From positions 19,592,001 to 19,656,000 of the forward strand of contig NC_043016.1 of the NCBI RefSeq assembly GCF_006345805.1: a stretch of 64,000 nt of DNA. The letters are read 5' to 3'. Positions 11,590-24,150 of this stretch are shown here, piece after piece; positions within the stretch are counted from its first letter, which is position 1, and the number at the start of each line of letters is the position of its first letter. Both the position numbers and the translations under genes were made by a program. A model generated the notes under the pieces. The model was not told the DNA's origin and did not search any database. It was given only the letters and a program-made list of their open reading frames with translations. This stretch comes from Octopus sinensis (taxonomy: Eukaryota).

Positions 11590-12045
11590 AATGATGATGG
11601 TGATGGTGGAGAGAGTGGTGATGGCAGTAAGAGTGGTGGTGGTGGTGGTGGTGATACCAGTGGTAGTAATGGATGGTAACGGTAGTGGTAATGACGAGCT
11701 GGCAGAATTGTTAGCACGCCGGGCAAAATGCTTTGCAGTATTTCGTCTGCCGCTACGTTCTGAGTTCAAATTCCGCCGAGGTCGACTTTGCCTTTCAGCC
11801 TTTTGGGGTCGATTAAGTAAGTACCAGTTATGCACTGGGGTCAATATAATCGACTTGATCCGTTTGTCTGTCCTCTCTGTGTTTAGCCCCTTGTGGGTAG
11901 TAAAGAAATAAAAATAGTGGTAATGGTCGCGGTAGTGGTGATAATGACAACAACAATAGTGGTCATGGTAGTACTGGAAATAGTGGTGATGGTGGTAGTG
12001 TTGATGATGATGATAATGATGATGGTGGCAGTGGTGCTGGTGGTA
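11590..12045. repeat. Degenerate (TGG/TGA/TAG)n triplet region interrupted by a SINE
   Basis: Direct reading; source of the poly-V, poly-H and poly-T ORFs. Confidence 0.9.
11694..11910 (+). mobile_element. SINE family A with TSD tagtggtaatg
   Basis: gagctggcagaattgttagcacgccgggc..gagttcaaattcc..ccccttgtgggtagtaaagaaata. Confidence 0.9.
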
Positions 12046-12332
12046 AGACAAATTTTAAAGGACAGAGTAAGAATAATGAAAACAGTAAAAGACTCTGTCC
12101 AAATGAAAGCTACAGTTGTCACTAAGCAACACAGTGATTTAATTATTGAAATGTTATTGATTATTTGGTTAGAGAATCAAAATAAGTATAATATACATAT
12201 GAGCCATGGTTTAATGCAAGAATAGACTCCAAGCCTCCTCATTGATTTAAAAGCTGTATATACAGATGGAAGAATTTGCTGCAAGTAGAAGTAGCTTCAA
12301 ACATCCTGAAGTGATGGTACAATACAGTACAG

Positions 12333-12565
12333 AAGGCGGCGAGCTGGCAGAAACATTAGCACACCGGGCAAAATGCATAGCCGTATTTCGTCTGCCGTTA
12401 CGTTCTGAGTTCAAATTCCGCCAAGGTCGGCTTTGCCTTTCATCCTTTCGGGGTCAATAAATTAAGTACCAGTTACGCACTGGGGTCGATGTAATCGACT
12501 CAATCCATTTGTCTGTCCTTGTTTGTCCCCTCTATGTTTAGCCCCTTGTGGGTAATAAAGAAACA
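12333..12565 (+). mobile_element. Full-length SINE family A with 17-bp TSD ggtacaatacagtacag
   Basis: TSD on both sides; tRNA-like A and B boxes. Confidence 0.92.
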
Positions 12566-13619
12566 GGTACAATACAGTACAGCCAGAGGTCACCAATGAA
12601 CAAGTATTGCTTGGTTACATGTACAATGCTTTTGCAATGTGTTTTAGAGTCCTATGTCATTGCAAACAGGTACAGACACTCTCTCAACTCCCTCATCCAT
12701 AATCGGGCAGAATACCTAGTTTGTGACAGCTGGAAAGAAAAAAGGGCTGCACCAGTACCCAACTAGTAACCATTCATAACTGAGCAATGTGAAATTAAGC
12801 ATCTTGTTCAAGAACACAACACAGCACTACCCTTCTCACAATATTATTGCTGTAAGCCCAAAGACCTAACCATTTGGTCATGCAGCTTGACAAAACAGAC
12901 GATAAATTTATACAAGAATAAAATGCAAGGCAAAATAGTGAATGCTGGCTTGCATCAAGTGAATTTCCTGACATTATACAGAAGAGAGATTATTTACCAG
13001 TGTAAATATTTAATATTCTATAACAAAAAAAAAAAAAAGATTATGGCATTTGATTATGACATTTGAGGAAGATATTCAGGGTTTAGAAACCTTTAACCAC
13101 CCAAATATTTTGATAAAGAAATGAAGTGAAACCTTTTGTGTCAGGGGAACAGAGATGATAAACTTAGAGCAAAAAGATCTTAAAGCACAATGGCTTACCT
13201 TTTTTATTTTCTTACATTTTTTACAGGATTTTTACTAACAGCTTCAATTACCAACAATCTACTTAAATATATAAAATAAAGAAAATATCTGTTCAAGCCT
13301 CTCTTGGTGTTGCTTATTGCAAGAAATTATTTTCAGAAGCAACAGCAGAAGCTGATTCAAATTCTGACTGTCCAACCCCATCTTCATTCTCTCCAACACC
13401 AGGTCCATCATTATCAATAGTAGCAGCCTCTCGCTATCTTCTTCTTCTGCATTACCCAAATAATGTCATTTTAACTATTAAGTAAGCAGGTATGCAAGAC
13501 ATCAGCAGAAATGAGGGTAAGTATTAACCTATAATGATTAGCATCTTTTTTTAATGCGATCACACCTACGTATTCTCTCTTTCTTTCAATCATAAACACT
13601 GTACTGAAATTTGTTGTTT

Positions 13620-14440
13620 ACTCTTTTACTTGTTTCAGTCATTTGACTGCGGCCATGCAGGAGCACTGCCTTTAGTCAAGCAAATTGACCCCAGGACTTA
13701 TTCTTTGTAAGCCTAGTACTTATTCTATCGGTGTCTTTTGCCAAACTTGCTTGTCTTGAGACAGCATTCACCCGGGTTGGGTTGAGCTGGCTTCATTCAT
13801 CCTCAATGCTGCATCTCTCTCAAACGCCAACAAGGCCTGGCAATTTGAGGCTAACGACTGCGTGATCTCTAACCACTCCTTATTCCAGCGGCGAACACCA
13901 TAGGTATGGGGGCCAAGGTTGGGTTCCAGATCAGCCTTGACTGTCATCAGCCAGGTTTCTCGTTGTCCACCACATCGCTTTTGCCAACCCTGAAGGGGAG
14001 CTGGGGCAATTGCTTCATAGATGAATTCTCTTGGTCAATGACAGAGGGCATGACCCAGCTAACACAGATGTCTCATTAGGATGACTTGTCAGAGGGAGGT
14101 GATTTTGCACTGGTATCGCACCGAATTGTTAGAGACAAAGTGATGCTATCGGACACGAAGGATGTGGTGTAGACAGAAGTGATTGAAGGATTCTAGTCGC
14201 TTAATATCTTCCACCCTCATCGGCCATGACTCACTGCCGTAAAGGAGAATTTTTCGCACTAGTGCTTGGTAGATCCGTACTTTGGTGGTGCGTTGGATCT
14301 CAGATCTTGACCAGAGTCATGCATTGAGTCAGTTGAAGGCTTGGTGAGCAAAGTCAATTTGTGTTTTAATGTCAGCCTCAGTTACGGGGACGTAAACACA
14401 CCAGCATCGGTTGTCAAGCGATGTTGGGAGGACAAACACA
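13620..14440 (-). mobile_element. SINE family B 3' portion split by an RTE insertion
   Basis: ..ttttgccaaac | RTE | agttacggggacgtaaacacaccagcatcgg.. Confidence 0.8.
13747..14379 (-). mobile_element. RTE-clade LINE 3' fragment (second RTE family)
   Basis: Decayed translation TKVRIYQALVRKILLYGSESWPMRVEDIKRLESFNHFCL..LGHAL..GGQRETW..VKADLE, ending in short caag repeats. Confidence 0.85.
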
Positions 14441-14444
14441 ACGT

Positions 14445-14738
14445 AACTGATATGAAATATGTCATAAATAACAGTGACAAATTGATATGACACCGCCAGA
14501 AAATGTTGTTGACACACTACGGCAGAAATTGTATTCAACTCAATAGACGTCATTGATTGGTTGAAATTGCCAAAATGCAAGAAATTAAACAACAAATAGC
14601 TTACAAACTACAGAATTTTCTCAAGAAAGCCAAGAGAAAACGATCTTTTATGTAACACACTACCAGTATACAAAGTTTAAAAGTGTTTAGTTACAAAGAA
14701 ATTATTTTTAAAATCTGCCGGTCAAAGCGAAAAGATCC
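14445..14738. mobile_element. Partial copy of the 17349-17763 MITE family
   Basis: Ends aaatctgccggtcaaagcgaaaagatcc; internal homology (agtttaaaagtgtttagttac) in the orientation opposite to 17349-17763. Confidence 0.7.
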
Positions 14739-15051
14739 TAATAAGCTCCAAAAATGTTCTTTAAACAATTAAAAAGATTAGTTAAACTCAATCCTCAAAA
14801 TGGTTGGAATTGAGACAAAAAAGTATGGGAAACTGAAGTCCAGAAGCATTTCAAATGACATCACTCTAGCAACATCGAAACTGACATTTTTTGAAGTCAA
14901 AAGACACAGAAATGTTGAAGAACAAGAAATGTAAACAACGACCGACATCTTTTTGACTAGATCTTTGTTTTTATTCTCATCTGTTTAGTATAAATATTAA
15001 ATCTATCCCAGCCATCGGTATGAAGAAACTAGGAAGAAATATATATATATA

Positions 15052-16580
15052 CTAGCAGTATCGCCTGGCGTTGCTCGGGTTTGTAAGGGAAATAACTATA
15101 TAAGCATTTTAGAGAGTTACTTCCCTTATAGATGTCAATTCGGGCTTTCTTAGCCATTTCTGTTTTGGTGTCTTCAAGCCATGAAGTCGTTCTAAAAGAA
15201 CGCTGGTCTCCTTGACAACGCATTACGACGTTGATTTCCTTACACTCCCTCCCCACAGCTTCACAAGGGAGGGAAGAAGGGGGAGAAGCAACACAGGTGC
15301 AGATGTGAGCATGGACGCCAACTCCGCTCCCATCGACACACGAAAAAATATTCATTAAAATGGAATAAAAAATGATGTTAAATTATTTTTAAAATCGTAG
15401 ACTCATCGTAGACGCGCGCTAGTACCCAGACGGGCTCGATATGAATCACGACTATAAGATACCCAAATTTGGTTAAACTGAGTCGCAAAATGTGGGAGTA
15501 GTTAGGAATCTAAATCGAAGGGGATAGACACTCACACAACTACAGTTTTATATATATATACTAGCAGTATCGCCCGGCGTTGCTCGGGTTTGTAAGGGAA
15601 ATAACTATATAAGCATTTTTAGAGAGTTACTTCCCTTATAGATGCCAATTCGGGCTTTCTTAGCCATTTCTGTTTTGGTGTCTTCAAGCCATGAAGACGT
15701 TGTCTAAAAGAACGCTGGTCTCCTTGACAACGCATTACGACGTTGATTTCCTTACACTCCCTTCCCCACAGCTTCACGAGGGAGGGAAGGGGGAGAAGCA
15801 AACAGGTGCAGCTGTGAGCATGGACGCCAACTCCGCCGCCATCGACACACGAAAAAATATGCATTAAAATGGAATAAAAAATTATGCTAAATTATTTTTT
15901 AAATCGTAGACTCATCGTAGACGCGCGCTAATACCCAGACGGGCTCGATATGAATCACGACTATAAGATACCCGAATTTGGTTAAACTGCACCGCAAAAT
16001 GTGGGAGGAGTTAGGAATCTAAATCGAAGGGGACAGACACTCACACAACTACAGTTTTATATATATATACTAGCAGTATCGCCCGGCGTTGCTCGGATTT
16101 GTAAGGGAAATAACTATATAAGCATTTTTAGAGAGTTACTTCCCTTATAGATGCCAATTCGGGCTTTCTTAGCCATTTCTGTTTTGGTGTCTTCAAGCCA
16201 TGAAGACGTTGTCTAAAAGAACGCTGGTCTCCTTCACAACGCATTACGACGTTGATTTCTTTACACTCCCTTCCCCACAGCTTCACGAGGGAGGGAAGGG
16301 GGAGAAGCAAACAGGTGCAGCTGTGAGCGTGGACGCCAACTCCGCCGCCATCGACATACGATGCATTTTATGCATTAAAATGGAATAAAAAATGATGTTA
16401 AATTATTTTTAAAATCGTAGACTCATCGTTGACGCGCGCTAATAGTCAGACGGGCTCGATATGAATCACGACTATAAGATACCCGAATTTGGTTAAACTG
16501 CACCGCAAAATGTGGGAGGAGTTAGGAATCTAAATCGAAGGGGACAGACACTCACACAACTAGAGTTTTATATATATATA
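15052..16580 (-). mobile_element. Head-to-tail array of three 509-bp non-autonomous Helitron-like elements
   Basis: Units start at 15052, 15561 and 16070; the minus-strand 3' end is a cccgagc-aac-gccggg hairpin, 8 nt, then CTAG|T; the 5' end is (TA)n-aaaac..gtgtgagtgtctgtc. Confidence 0.8.
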
Positions 16581-17069
16581 TACATACACACGCACAAGAC
16601 ATTGTATGACTAAACATTAATCCATTTAGTTTTTCGTTATTTCTGTCACTGTTGTTTTTGTATACGTCAATAAACGAAAAAATGTTTGGGAACGAATTTG
16701 AATGAACTTGAAGTATTTTCCCGCATATTTTCCTCTATTTCCATATCTATAGCTCTCTTTAATTATTATTTAAATAATAAGTAGTCTTTTAACTTAAACT
16801 TTCTTTCATGTTTAACGTTTCATTTAAAGTTTTCGTAACATTTCGGTTCTTCGTTCCCTTGCAAGTTATTAACAAATATATCGTCTTAAACATTTTATCC
16901 CATACACACACACATTATCTCGTCCCATTTAAAGTCTTACAAAAAAGGATTTGTAGAAATTTTATTGTTCCCATTGTCCCATGTAATTTCTTTTCTTGAA
17001 GTGAACTTTTTCATAGACTTTGTTTTATCAATCGTAAATACTGAATTTTAACGTCTTCTTTCATACTGA

Positions 17070-17283
17070 TTTCAAGTTTTGGCAATAAGACCAGTGATTT
17101 CGGGAGGAAAGGTAAGTCTTATTCCATCGACTCCAGTGCTCAACGGGTACTTATGTCATCAACCACGAAAGGATGAAAAGCAGAGTCGACCTTAGCGGAA
17201 TTTGAACACAGAAAGTAAAAACGGACAAAATGCTTCTAAGCGATGTAAGGAGTATGTTCACGATTCTGCCAGCTCGCCGCCTT
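17070..17283 (-). mobile_element. SINE family A
   Basis: gaaaggatgaaaagcagagtcgacc..ttctgccagctcgccgcct. Confidence 0.8.
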
Positions 17284-17348
17284 TACATTTCTTTCTTCTT
17301 TTTCCTTTTCATATTGTTCGGTATCCATTTCAAAAGAGGTCAGCTTTG

Positions 17349-17763
17349 GGATCTTTTCGTTTTGAACGGCAGTTTTTAACATAATTTCCACGTAACTAAA
17401 CACTTTTAAACTTCGTATACTGGTAGAATGTGTTTATAAAATATCTTTTTCTCTTGGTTTTAGTGAGAAAATTCTATAGTTTGTAAGATATTTGTTGTTT
17501 TTTTTCTTCAATTTCTTCCAATCAAATACGTCTATTGAGGTAAAAAAAACATTCTGTGCCATATGAATATGTCCCTCGCTTAAGAATAGGGTTTTTACAT
17601 TTGTGAAGAAAAAAAGATACCCTTCCCCCACCCTAACCAACCCCAACTAACCCTAACCCTAAAACAGATTGAAATGCAATAGATCGATACTAGGGTCATA
17701 ATTATGGGTGACAATTTCATATGACACCGCTAGAAAAAACTGCTGTTCAAACCGAAAAGATCC
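17349..17763. mobile_element. MITE with GG..CC termini, ~28-bp TIR and 8-bp TSD (Merlin-like or MULE-like)
   Basis: ggatcttttcgttttgaacggcagttttt and aaaaactgctgttcaaaccgaaaagatcc; TSD cagctttg at 17341-17348 and 17764-17771. Confidence 0.85.
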
Positions 17764-17917
17764 CAGCTTTGCCTTTCACCCTATGAGAAAGGCAAAGTTG
17801 CCTTCAGAAGCATTTGAATTCCTAATAATTGATTCGTGTTTGGGCTCAAGGCCATTAATTTTATGGAGAGAGAGATAGCTGATTACATTGACTCCAGTGC
17901 AATAATCATCATGATCT

Positions 17918-18630
17918 TCATCATCATCATCATTTAGCATCTGTTTATCCATGCTGGCATGGGCTAGACAGACTGCAACTGATAAGCTGGAGAGCAGCCC
18001 CAGGCTCCAGTCTGTTTTGGCTTGATTTCTATGGCTGGATGCTCTTCCTGATACACTGCTCCACAGTGTATCAGGTACCTTTCACATTTCACTGGCATGA
18101 GTGCCTTTAACGTGTCACTGGCACAGTTGCCATTTTATGTGTCACTGGCATGGCTGCCTTTTTACATGTTAACAGCATCGGCCATGATTATGATTCCACT
18201 AAGCTTGACGTGTCTTCTCAAGCACAGAAAATCACCAACAGTCTCGGTCACTTGCAATCGCCTCAACATCCAAAGATTGTATTTTGTTTGTTTTCCTTCT
18301 TGAGCCATGCCTGGCTCATAAGGGCCGGTTTCCCGGTTTCCTTGGCGTATAGGTTCCCCACCTGGATGGGACGCCGGTCCGTCACAAGCGAGCTGCAAGA
18401 TGCAGGAGGAAAGAGTGAGAGAAAGGTGTGGTGAAAGAGTCAGCAGAAGTTCGCCATTACTTTCTGCCAGAGCCGCGTGGAGCTTAGGTGTTTTGCTGAG
18501 ATTCGAACCCGCGATCCTTTGACAGCGAGTCCGGTGCTCTAACCACTAGGCCATGTGCTTCCACAAAGATTGCATTCCACCACCTCATCCTATGTCTTCC
18601 TGGGTCTACCTCTTCCACAAGTTCCTTTTA
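17918..18630 (-). mobile_element. Older RTE LINE 3' end interrupted by a SINE
   Basis: (CAT)n tail, ~25-28 bp units at 18074-18180, and GTCGRGRPRKT at 18590-18625. Confidence 0.75.
18284..18563 (-). mobile_element. tRNA-derived SINE (family C) with ~13-bp TSD
   Basis: Minus strand tggcctagtggttagagc..ggttcgaatc; TSD caaagattg(t/c)att at 18271 and 18564. Confidence 0.85.
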
Positions 18631-18875
18631 CACTTTCTAAGCTTGGTACAATGCTAGCAATTTTAAAGGGACGAGTAAGTTGATTACATTGACCCCCCAA
18701 CCCCATCCACCAATACTCAGTTTTATCAATACTGAAATGATGAAAGGTAAACTTAACCTTGGCAGCATTTGAATTCAGAACGTAAAGAGTTGCAAAAAAT
18801 GCCACAAAGTATTTTGTTCAGATTTTGCCAGTTTGCTAAAAATTAAACAAGAACCAATGCACATGTTTTTGTTGC

Positions 18876-19092
18876 TGAGCTGTCAGAATTGTTAGCACGC
18901 TGGGCAGAATGCTTAACGGTATTTCGTCCGCCGCTGCGTTCTGAGTTCAAATTCTGCCGGGGTCGACTTTACCTTTCATCCTTTCGGGGTCGATTAAATA
19001 AGTACCAGTTATGCACTGGGGTCAATGTAATCGACTTAATCCATTTGTCTGTCCCCTCTGTGTGTTGCCCCTTGTGGGCAGTAAAGAAATAA
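18876..19092 (+). mobile_element. SINE family A
   Basis: Colinear with 12333-12565. Confidence 0.88.
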
Positions 19093-19202
19093 GAAAAAAC
19101 TCTCGTAAAATTATATACTTTTCTATCTACTTATTTGTGTGTGTGAGTGTGTGTGTGTAACATATTACCCAATGTGTTGTTCTTTTTCAAAGTCTAACTT
19201 AA

Positions 19203-19398
19203 TTCTTTAGGATTCTGCCTAATATAATGCTTTTTATTCACATTCTTTTTAATTAATCATGTATTATCTTGTACCTTTGAGATTTTGATGATGTGATCAT
19301 TTAGATTTAGAACGACATTATAGGTTAGGTATAAGAGGCCAAATATGGCCAGTCTGAACATAAAACAGGTAGATATGGCTGGTTTAAATGCCAAAGGG
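19203..19398. mobile_element. piggyBac-like MITE (TTAA-flanked)
   Basis: Ends aaatgccaaaggg-ttaa; homologous to 35659-35877, 29345-29560 and 57675-57842. Confidence 0.65.
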
Positions 19399-19737
19399 TT
19401 AAAGAGAGTTAGTTTGGTTGTTACTTCCAGTTAAATGAATAACTGCATTGGGACTCATGTTTTTTTTTCTCAGTCTATATTACTCATCACTGTCCCTTTA
19501 ATTCCATTTTTGTTTCTTTACTCAAACTCTTGGATCCTTTTAATACTTTTTTGACTAGTTAATTCCAACTTTTACTACTGTTTCATCTAACATAGTCCTT
19601 TTATCTCCCCATTTCCTTATAGCATAGTCTTCAAACATGCATGTACGCTTGCATACACATACACACACATTCATGGCAGCATATACATACATATTCAAAA
19701 TATTTTCTTTTTACCTGCTAATGGACTTTATTTAAAA

Positions 19738-20076
19738 CTAGCACATGCATATACAGCTGCGTGCGTGCGCACATACACACGAGTACTGTCCAAGTCTCCA
19801 ACTAATCACATACAGCTAGCAAGCTTTCAATTGGCGTATCAAGTTTCGGGCATTTTGATTGGGTTTTGGATAGAAAATTCACAAAAAAGTCACTTCTATT
19901 GATTTTTTAATGGCTTTGCAGGGTGACTGGGGAAATGTAAAGATGTGCACAACCACCCCTGGGCGGTTTTGAATAACCATAGAAAGTGCGAGCCTTCTAT
20001 CTGAAAAATTGTGGATTTGTATAAAGGACATGCACACACACACAGACAGACATTTTGCTGTTTATATATATAGAGA
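19738..20076 (-). mobile_element. Non-autonomous Helitron (family 2) lacking the 3' hairpin
   Basis: Minus strand A|TCtctatatatataaac..CTAG|T; colinear with 43755-44118. Confidence 0.8.
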
Positions 20077-20279
20077 TGTCAATACTCACATCTTTTCATA
20101 CAAACTCTTCTAAATTTGCAATCATTACTAAATAACTTTTACTGGCATAAACCAGCTACCACTGTCTCCTCAGACAATTCCCAACCTAACCCCCATTTAT
20201 CAAGAATTTATTATCATTCATATTCCTGAAAGAATATCTCTTCTGCCAACAGTGAAGTTACATTGATTTGTCTCCAAGG

Positions 20280-20878
20280 CAATGACTAGTGACCGAGACC
20301 TTTGGCCTATTCCAGTGGTGTATAACCACTTTACGAGTACACTTCATTCATTGGACAATAAACTTTGCTTGCTAAGACCTGTTGAGGCAAGTGAAATCAA
20401 AATCACTGACATGGCCAATGACAGTACCGCCTGATTGGCACTCAATCCAGTGGAACATTAAAAGCAACATCTGAGCATGATTGTTGCCAGGGTCACTGAC
20501 TGGCTCCCATGCCGGTGACACGTAAAAAGCACCATTCGAGCAAGATTGTTGCTAGCGTCGCCTTACTGGCACATGAAAAACAACATTTGAGCATGGTCAT
20601 TGCTAGTGTTGCCGGACTGGCTCCCATGCAGGTGGCACATAGAAAACACCTTTTGAGTGTGGTTGTTGCCAGTACTGCCTGACTGGCCCTCATGCCGGTG
20701 GCATGTAAAAATACCCACAACACTATCGGAGTGGTTGGCATTAGGAAGGGCATCCAACTGTAGAACTTTACCAGATCAGATTGGACCCTGGTGCAACCTT
20801 CTGGCTCGCCAGTCCTCAGTCAAACTGTTCAACCCATGCCAGCATGGAAAGCGGACGTTAAACGACGGCGACGATGAA
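20280..20878 (+). mobile_element. RTE LINE 3' UTR with ~62-bp tandem units
   Basis: gtgccggtggcacgtaaaaagcacc-like units; ends ggaaagcggacgttaaacgacggcgacgatga. Confidence 0.85.
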
Positions 20879-21385
20879 TCCTTTGATGGCGTAATAAATT
20901 TCATGGTCATTCCTGTAATGATGTTAATTATTCACCCCAAAATAGAAATGATATTTTCTGCTTCAGCAATACTTTCTCAATGTCTCTTGTAGGTACAGTT
21001 TGCACTGAGATATTTTATGAAATGTGTGAAAAAATTATAAAAATCTGTGACATTGTCTTTTGTAAAAAATGTCATTGTTGGGTGTTGCTACTTGTTACAA
21101 CATACAGTTAGTTTTCCATGAGGTAAAACTGACCTCCACAATTAATAGTAATAACATTTTGAGTGGACATATCCACTTTCCATGTTCAAAGTTATAAACT
21201 AAACTTTCAGCATGTAGCAAATCTTCCCTTTTTTTTCCCCTCATTTTATCTTTACTAAATTTGATTATCTCTGGGACAAAAAAAAAAGGAAAAAAGAAAA
21301 CAAACAAACAAGAGAAATAAAATAAAACAAGTAAAGTAACATTAATTAGCTGAACTAAATAAATTATCCACAGTACTGAATATTA

Positions 21386-21583
21386 GGTGCAGGAGTGGGT
21401 GTGTGGTAAGTAGCTTGCTTACCAACCACATAGTTCCGAGTTCAGTCCTACTGCGTGTCACCTTGGGCAAGTGTCTTCTACTATAGCCTCGGGCCGACCA
21501 CAACCTTGAGAGTGGATTTGGTTAACGGAAACTGAAAGAAGCCCGTCGTATATATGTATATATATATATATATATATATTGCC

Positions 21584-21629
<46 letters not shown>

Positions 21630-21633
21630 TGCC

Positions 21634-21665
<32 letters not shown>

Positions 21666-22220
21666 ATATGTATCTATGCATGTGTATATGTTTGTGTGTC
21701 TGTGTTTGTCCCCCCCCCCAACATCGGTTGACTAAGTTACGGGGATGTAAATACACCAGCATCGGTTGTCAAGCGATCATGGGGGGACAAACAGAGACAC
21801 ACACACATACATACGTATATATATATACGTATATGTGTGTGTGTGTGTGTATATATATATACACACACACATATACGACAGGCTTCTTTCAGTTTCCGTC
21901 AACCAAATCCACTCACAAGACCTTGGTCGGCCCGAGGCTATAGTAGAAGACACTTGCCCAAGGTGCCACAAACCAAGTTGTATGTATATATATATATGTG
22001 TGTGTGTATGTCCATGCGTGTGTCTGTGTTTGCCCCCCCCCCAACATCGCTTGACAATCGATGCTGGTGTGTTTGCGTCCCCGTAACTTAGCGGTTCGGC
22101 AAAAAAACCCCGATAGAATAAGTACTAGGCTTACAAAGAATAAGTCCTGGGGTCGATTTGCTCGACTAAAGGCGGTGCTCCAGCATGGCCGCAGTCAAAT
22201 GACTGAAACAAGTAAAAGAA
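21386..22220 (+). mobile_element. Composite SINE B (forward, inverted internal segment, forward)
   Basis: Forward head 21386-21732, reverse-complement body 21733-21969, forward tail about 21980-22220. Confidence 0.8.
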
Positions 22221-22249
22221 TAAACAAAAAAGAAAAGCTTGTTTATGCA

Positions 22250-22862
22250 CAGCATCTTGGGCAAGTGTCTTCTACTAGAGTTTCAGACAGACCAATGCTT
22301 GTAAGTGAATTTGGTACATATATATATATGTGTACGTGCATATGTCTTACCATTGCTTGACAATCAGTATTGGTTTGCTTATCTTCCTGTAACTTAGCGG
22401 TGCGTCACCAAAGAGACCATTAGGATAAATACTACAGTTTAAAAAAAATATACAAGTACTGGTGTTGATTTGTTCGCCTAAAACTCTTTCAAAAAGGTGC
22501 ACCAACATGGCCGCAGTCCGTCGAGTGAAACATGCAAACGATAAAGAACTAGATGTGCATTAACAGGAACAAAATAATAGCCGAAAATAAAATGCTTATT
22601 TATTTATCAATAAGTATCGAAATTTAAATAAAATGAATGAAGTTATCTTTCGAACTTAGTACATAGAACAATGCGGATAAAGTGAAACTGCACTAATTCA
22701 AAAGTGAAAAAAAACAAACAGGAATAGCGGTTCGGCAAAACGAACCGTTAGAATAAGTACCCGACTTACGAATAAGTACTGGGGTTTATTCGTTCCATTA
22801 AAACACTTCAAGGCAGTGCTCCAACATGACCGCAGGCAATGACAGAAGCGAGTAAAAGATAA
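22250..22862 (+). mobile_element. Two partial, diverged SINE B 3' fragments
   Basis: cttgggcaagtgtcttc..catggccgcagtc (22255-22545) and agcggttcggcaaaa..gagtaaaagat (22726-22860). Confidence 0.65.
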
Positions 22863-24020
22863 ACGAAACCAAACTGACCGTAATTGACATTTCGTGTCAT
22901 TATTATCTTTTTCTTGATTGTGAACAATTTTTTAAATCTTTTTTTTTTATAAACAGTGCAATTTTGTTTCCTTTTGTTCGCCATATATGTACAAAGTTCG
23001 AAAGATCATCATGACTAAATAAATTTACAGACAAGTTCAACTGAAACTTTAGTAATGAATGTATCAACTAAATCAAGAAAAAACAAAACAGACGTTAGGT
23101 TTTAATCTCTCCAATCTAGTATCAAAGAAAAAAAAGAAAGAAAAGTAATAAAAAATATTCTTTGATTTAATTGTTTAATATCAGAGAAATAATGCCTACC
23201 CAACACTTCGTTTACAGTGTTGACAATACGACTCAAAGTGAGTAATTTAGAAAGCAAAAGGCGAGTAGGCTGTGAGAGGGGGATTAGACAGTGAAATAAA
23301 AATAGACAAATTAGAACGGGAGGGGATTATAATTCAAGACAGATATTGATATCTAGGAAAAGTTTTACAAGTTTGTCAGTTGAGTTGTATCTGCTTAAAA
23401 TATTGGCCTCTAATAATTTAAACATACATACATACATACACAAAATATCAACAACAATGATGATGATGATGATAATAATAATCTATTTGCCACAAGGTCA
23501 TCGAATGAGAGGCCATAACATGGACTAATTAAAAAAAAAAAACACTTGGTGGGAAAAGGGTTATGTGGAATCAAATATGGAAAGAAAAACTCACAAACAA
23601 AAAGAAAAAAAACTTAATACACAAACGGAATGGAATGATAATTCTCAATAGTGTATGTATGAGATGGGGGCGGGGATGTTACCTAGGGCAAATAATAGTA
23701 ATTGTTATTTCTTTACTCTGTTACGAGGGCGAAGCATGAATGGAGTCAATGCAAGGACAAATTAGAAAAAGGGTAAGAGAAGGGGTTACGCAGAATTGAT
23801 TATGTAAAAAAAAAGGTACGGAAAAAAAATATATATATAAAGTTATGATAGCAAAAATAGTTACAAATTTTGATACAAGGCCAGTAATTTTAGGGATTAA
23901 GTTAATCGCTTTACATTGACCCTAGTTCTCAAGTGAGACTTATTTTATCGACCCCGAAAAGATGAAAGGTAAAACGAAGTTGTTTCTAATTAAAGCAGTT
24001 TTGAGAGAGGGAGTCAATAC

Positions 24021-24150
24021 CTATTTCTTTACTACCCACAAGGGGCTAAACATAGAGAGGACAAACAAGGACAGACATAGGTATTAAGTCGATTATATCA
24101 ACCCCAGTGCGTTACTGGTACTTATTTAATCGACCCCGAAAGGATAAAAG
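24021..24150 (-). mobile_element. 5'-truncated SINE A flanked by a ~50-bp direct duplication
   Basis: aacgaagttgtttctaattaaagcagttttgag(a/g)gagggagtc(a/g)atacc on both sides. Confidence 0.8.

Noticed and set aside
11478-12225. His-, Thr- and Val-rich ORFs
   Set aside because: Triplet microsatellite plus a SINE; no splice or codon evidence
13199-13520. Exon-like unique segment with a minus-strand donor (aag|gtaagc) and a plus-strand acceptor and donor
   Set aside because: Stops in the frames examined on both strands and ambiguous boundaries; may be a non-coding exon but cannot be supported
18480-18563. tRNA gene (also other A/B-box heads)
   Set aside because: No acceptor stem or terminator; these are SINE heads with bodies, tails and TSDs
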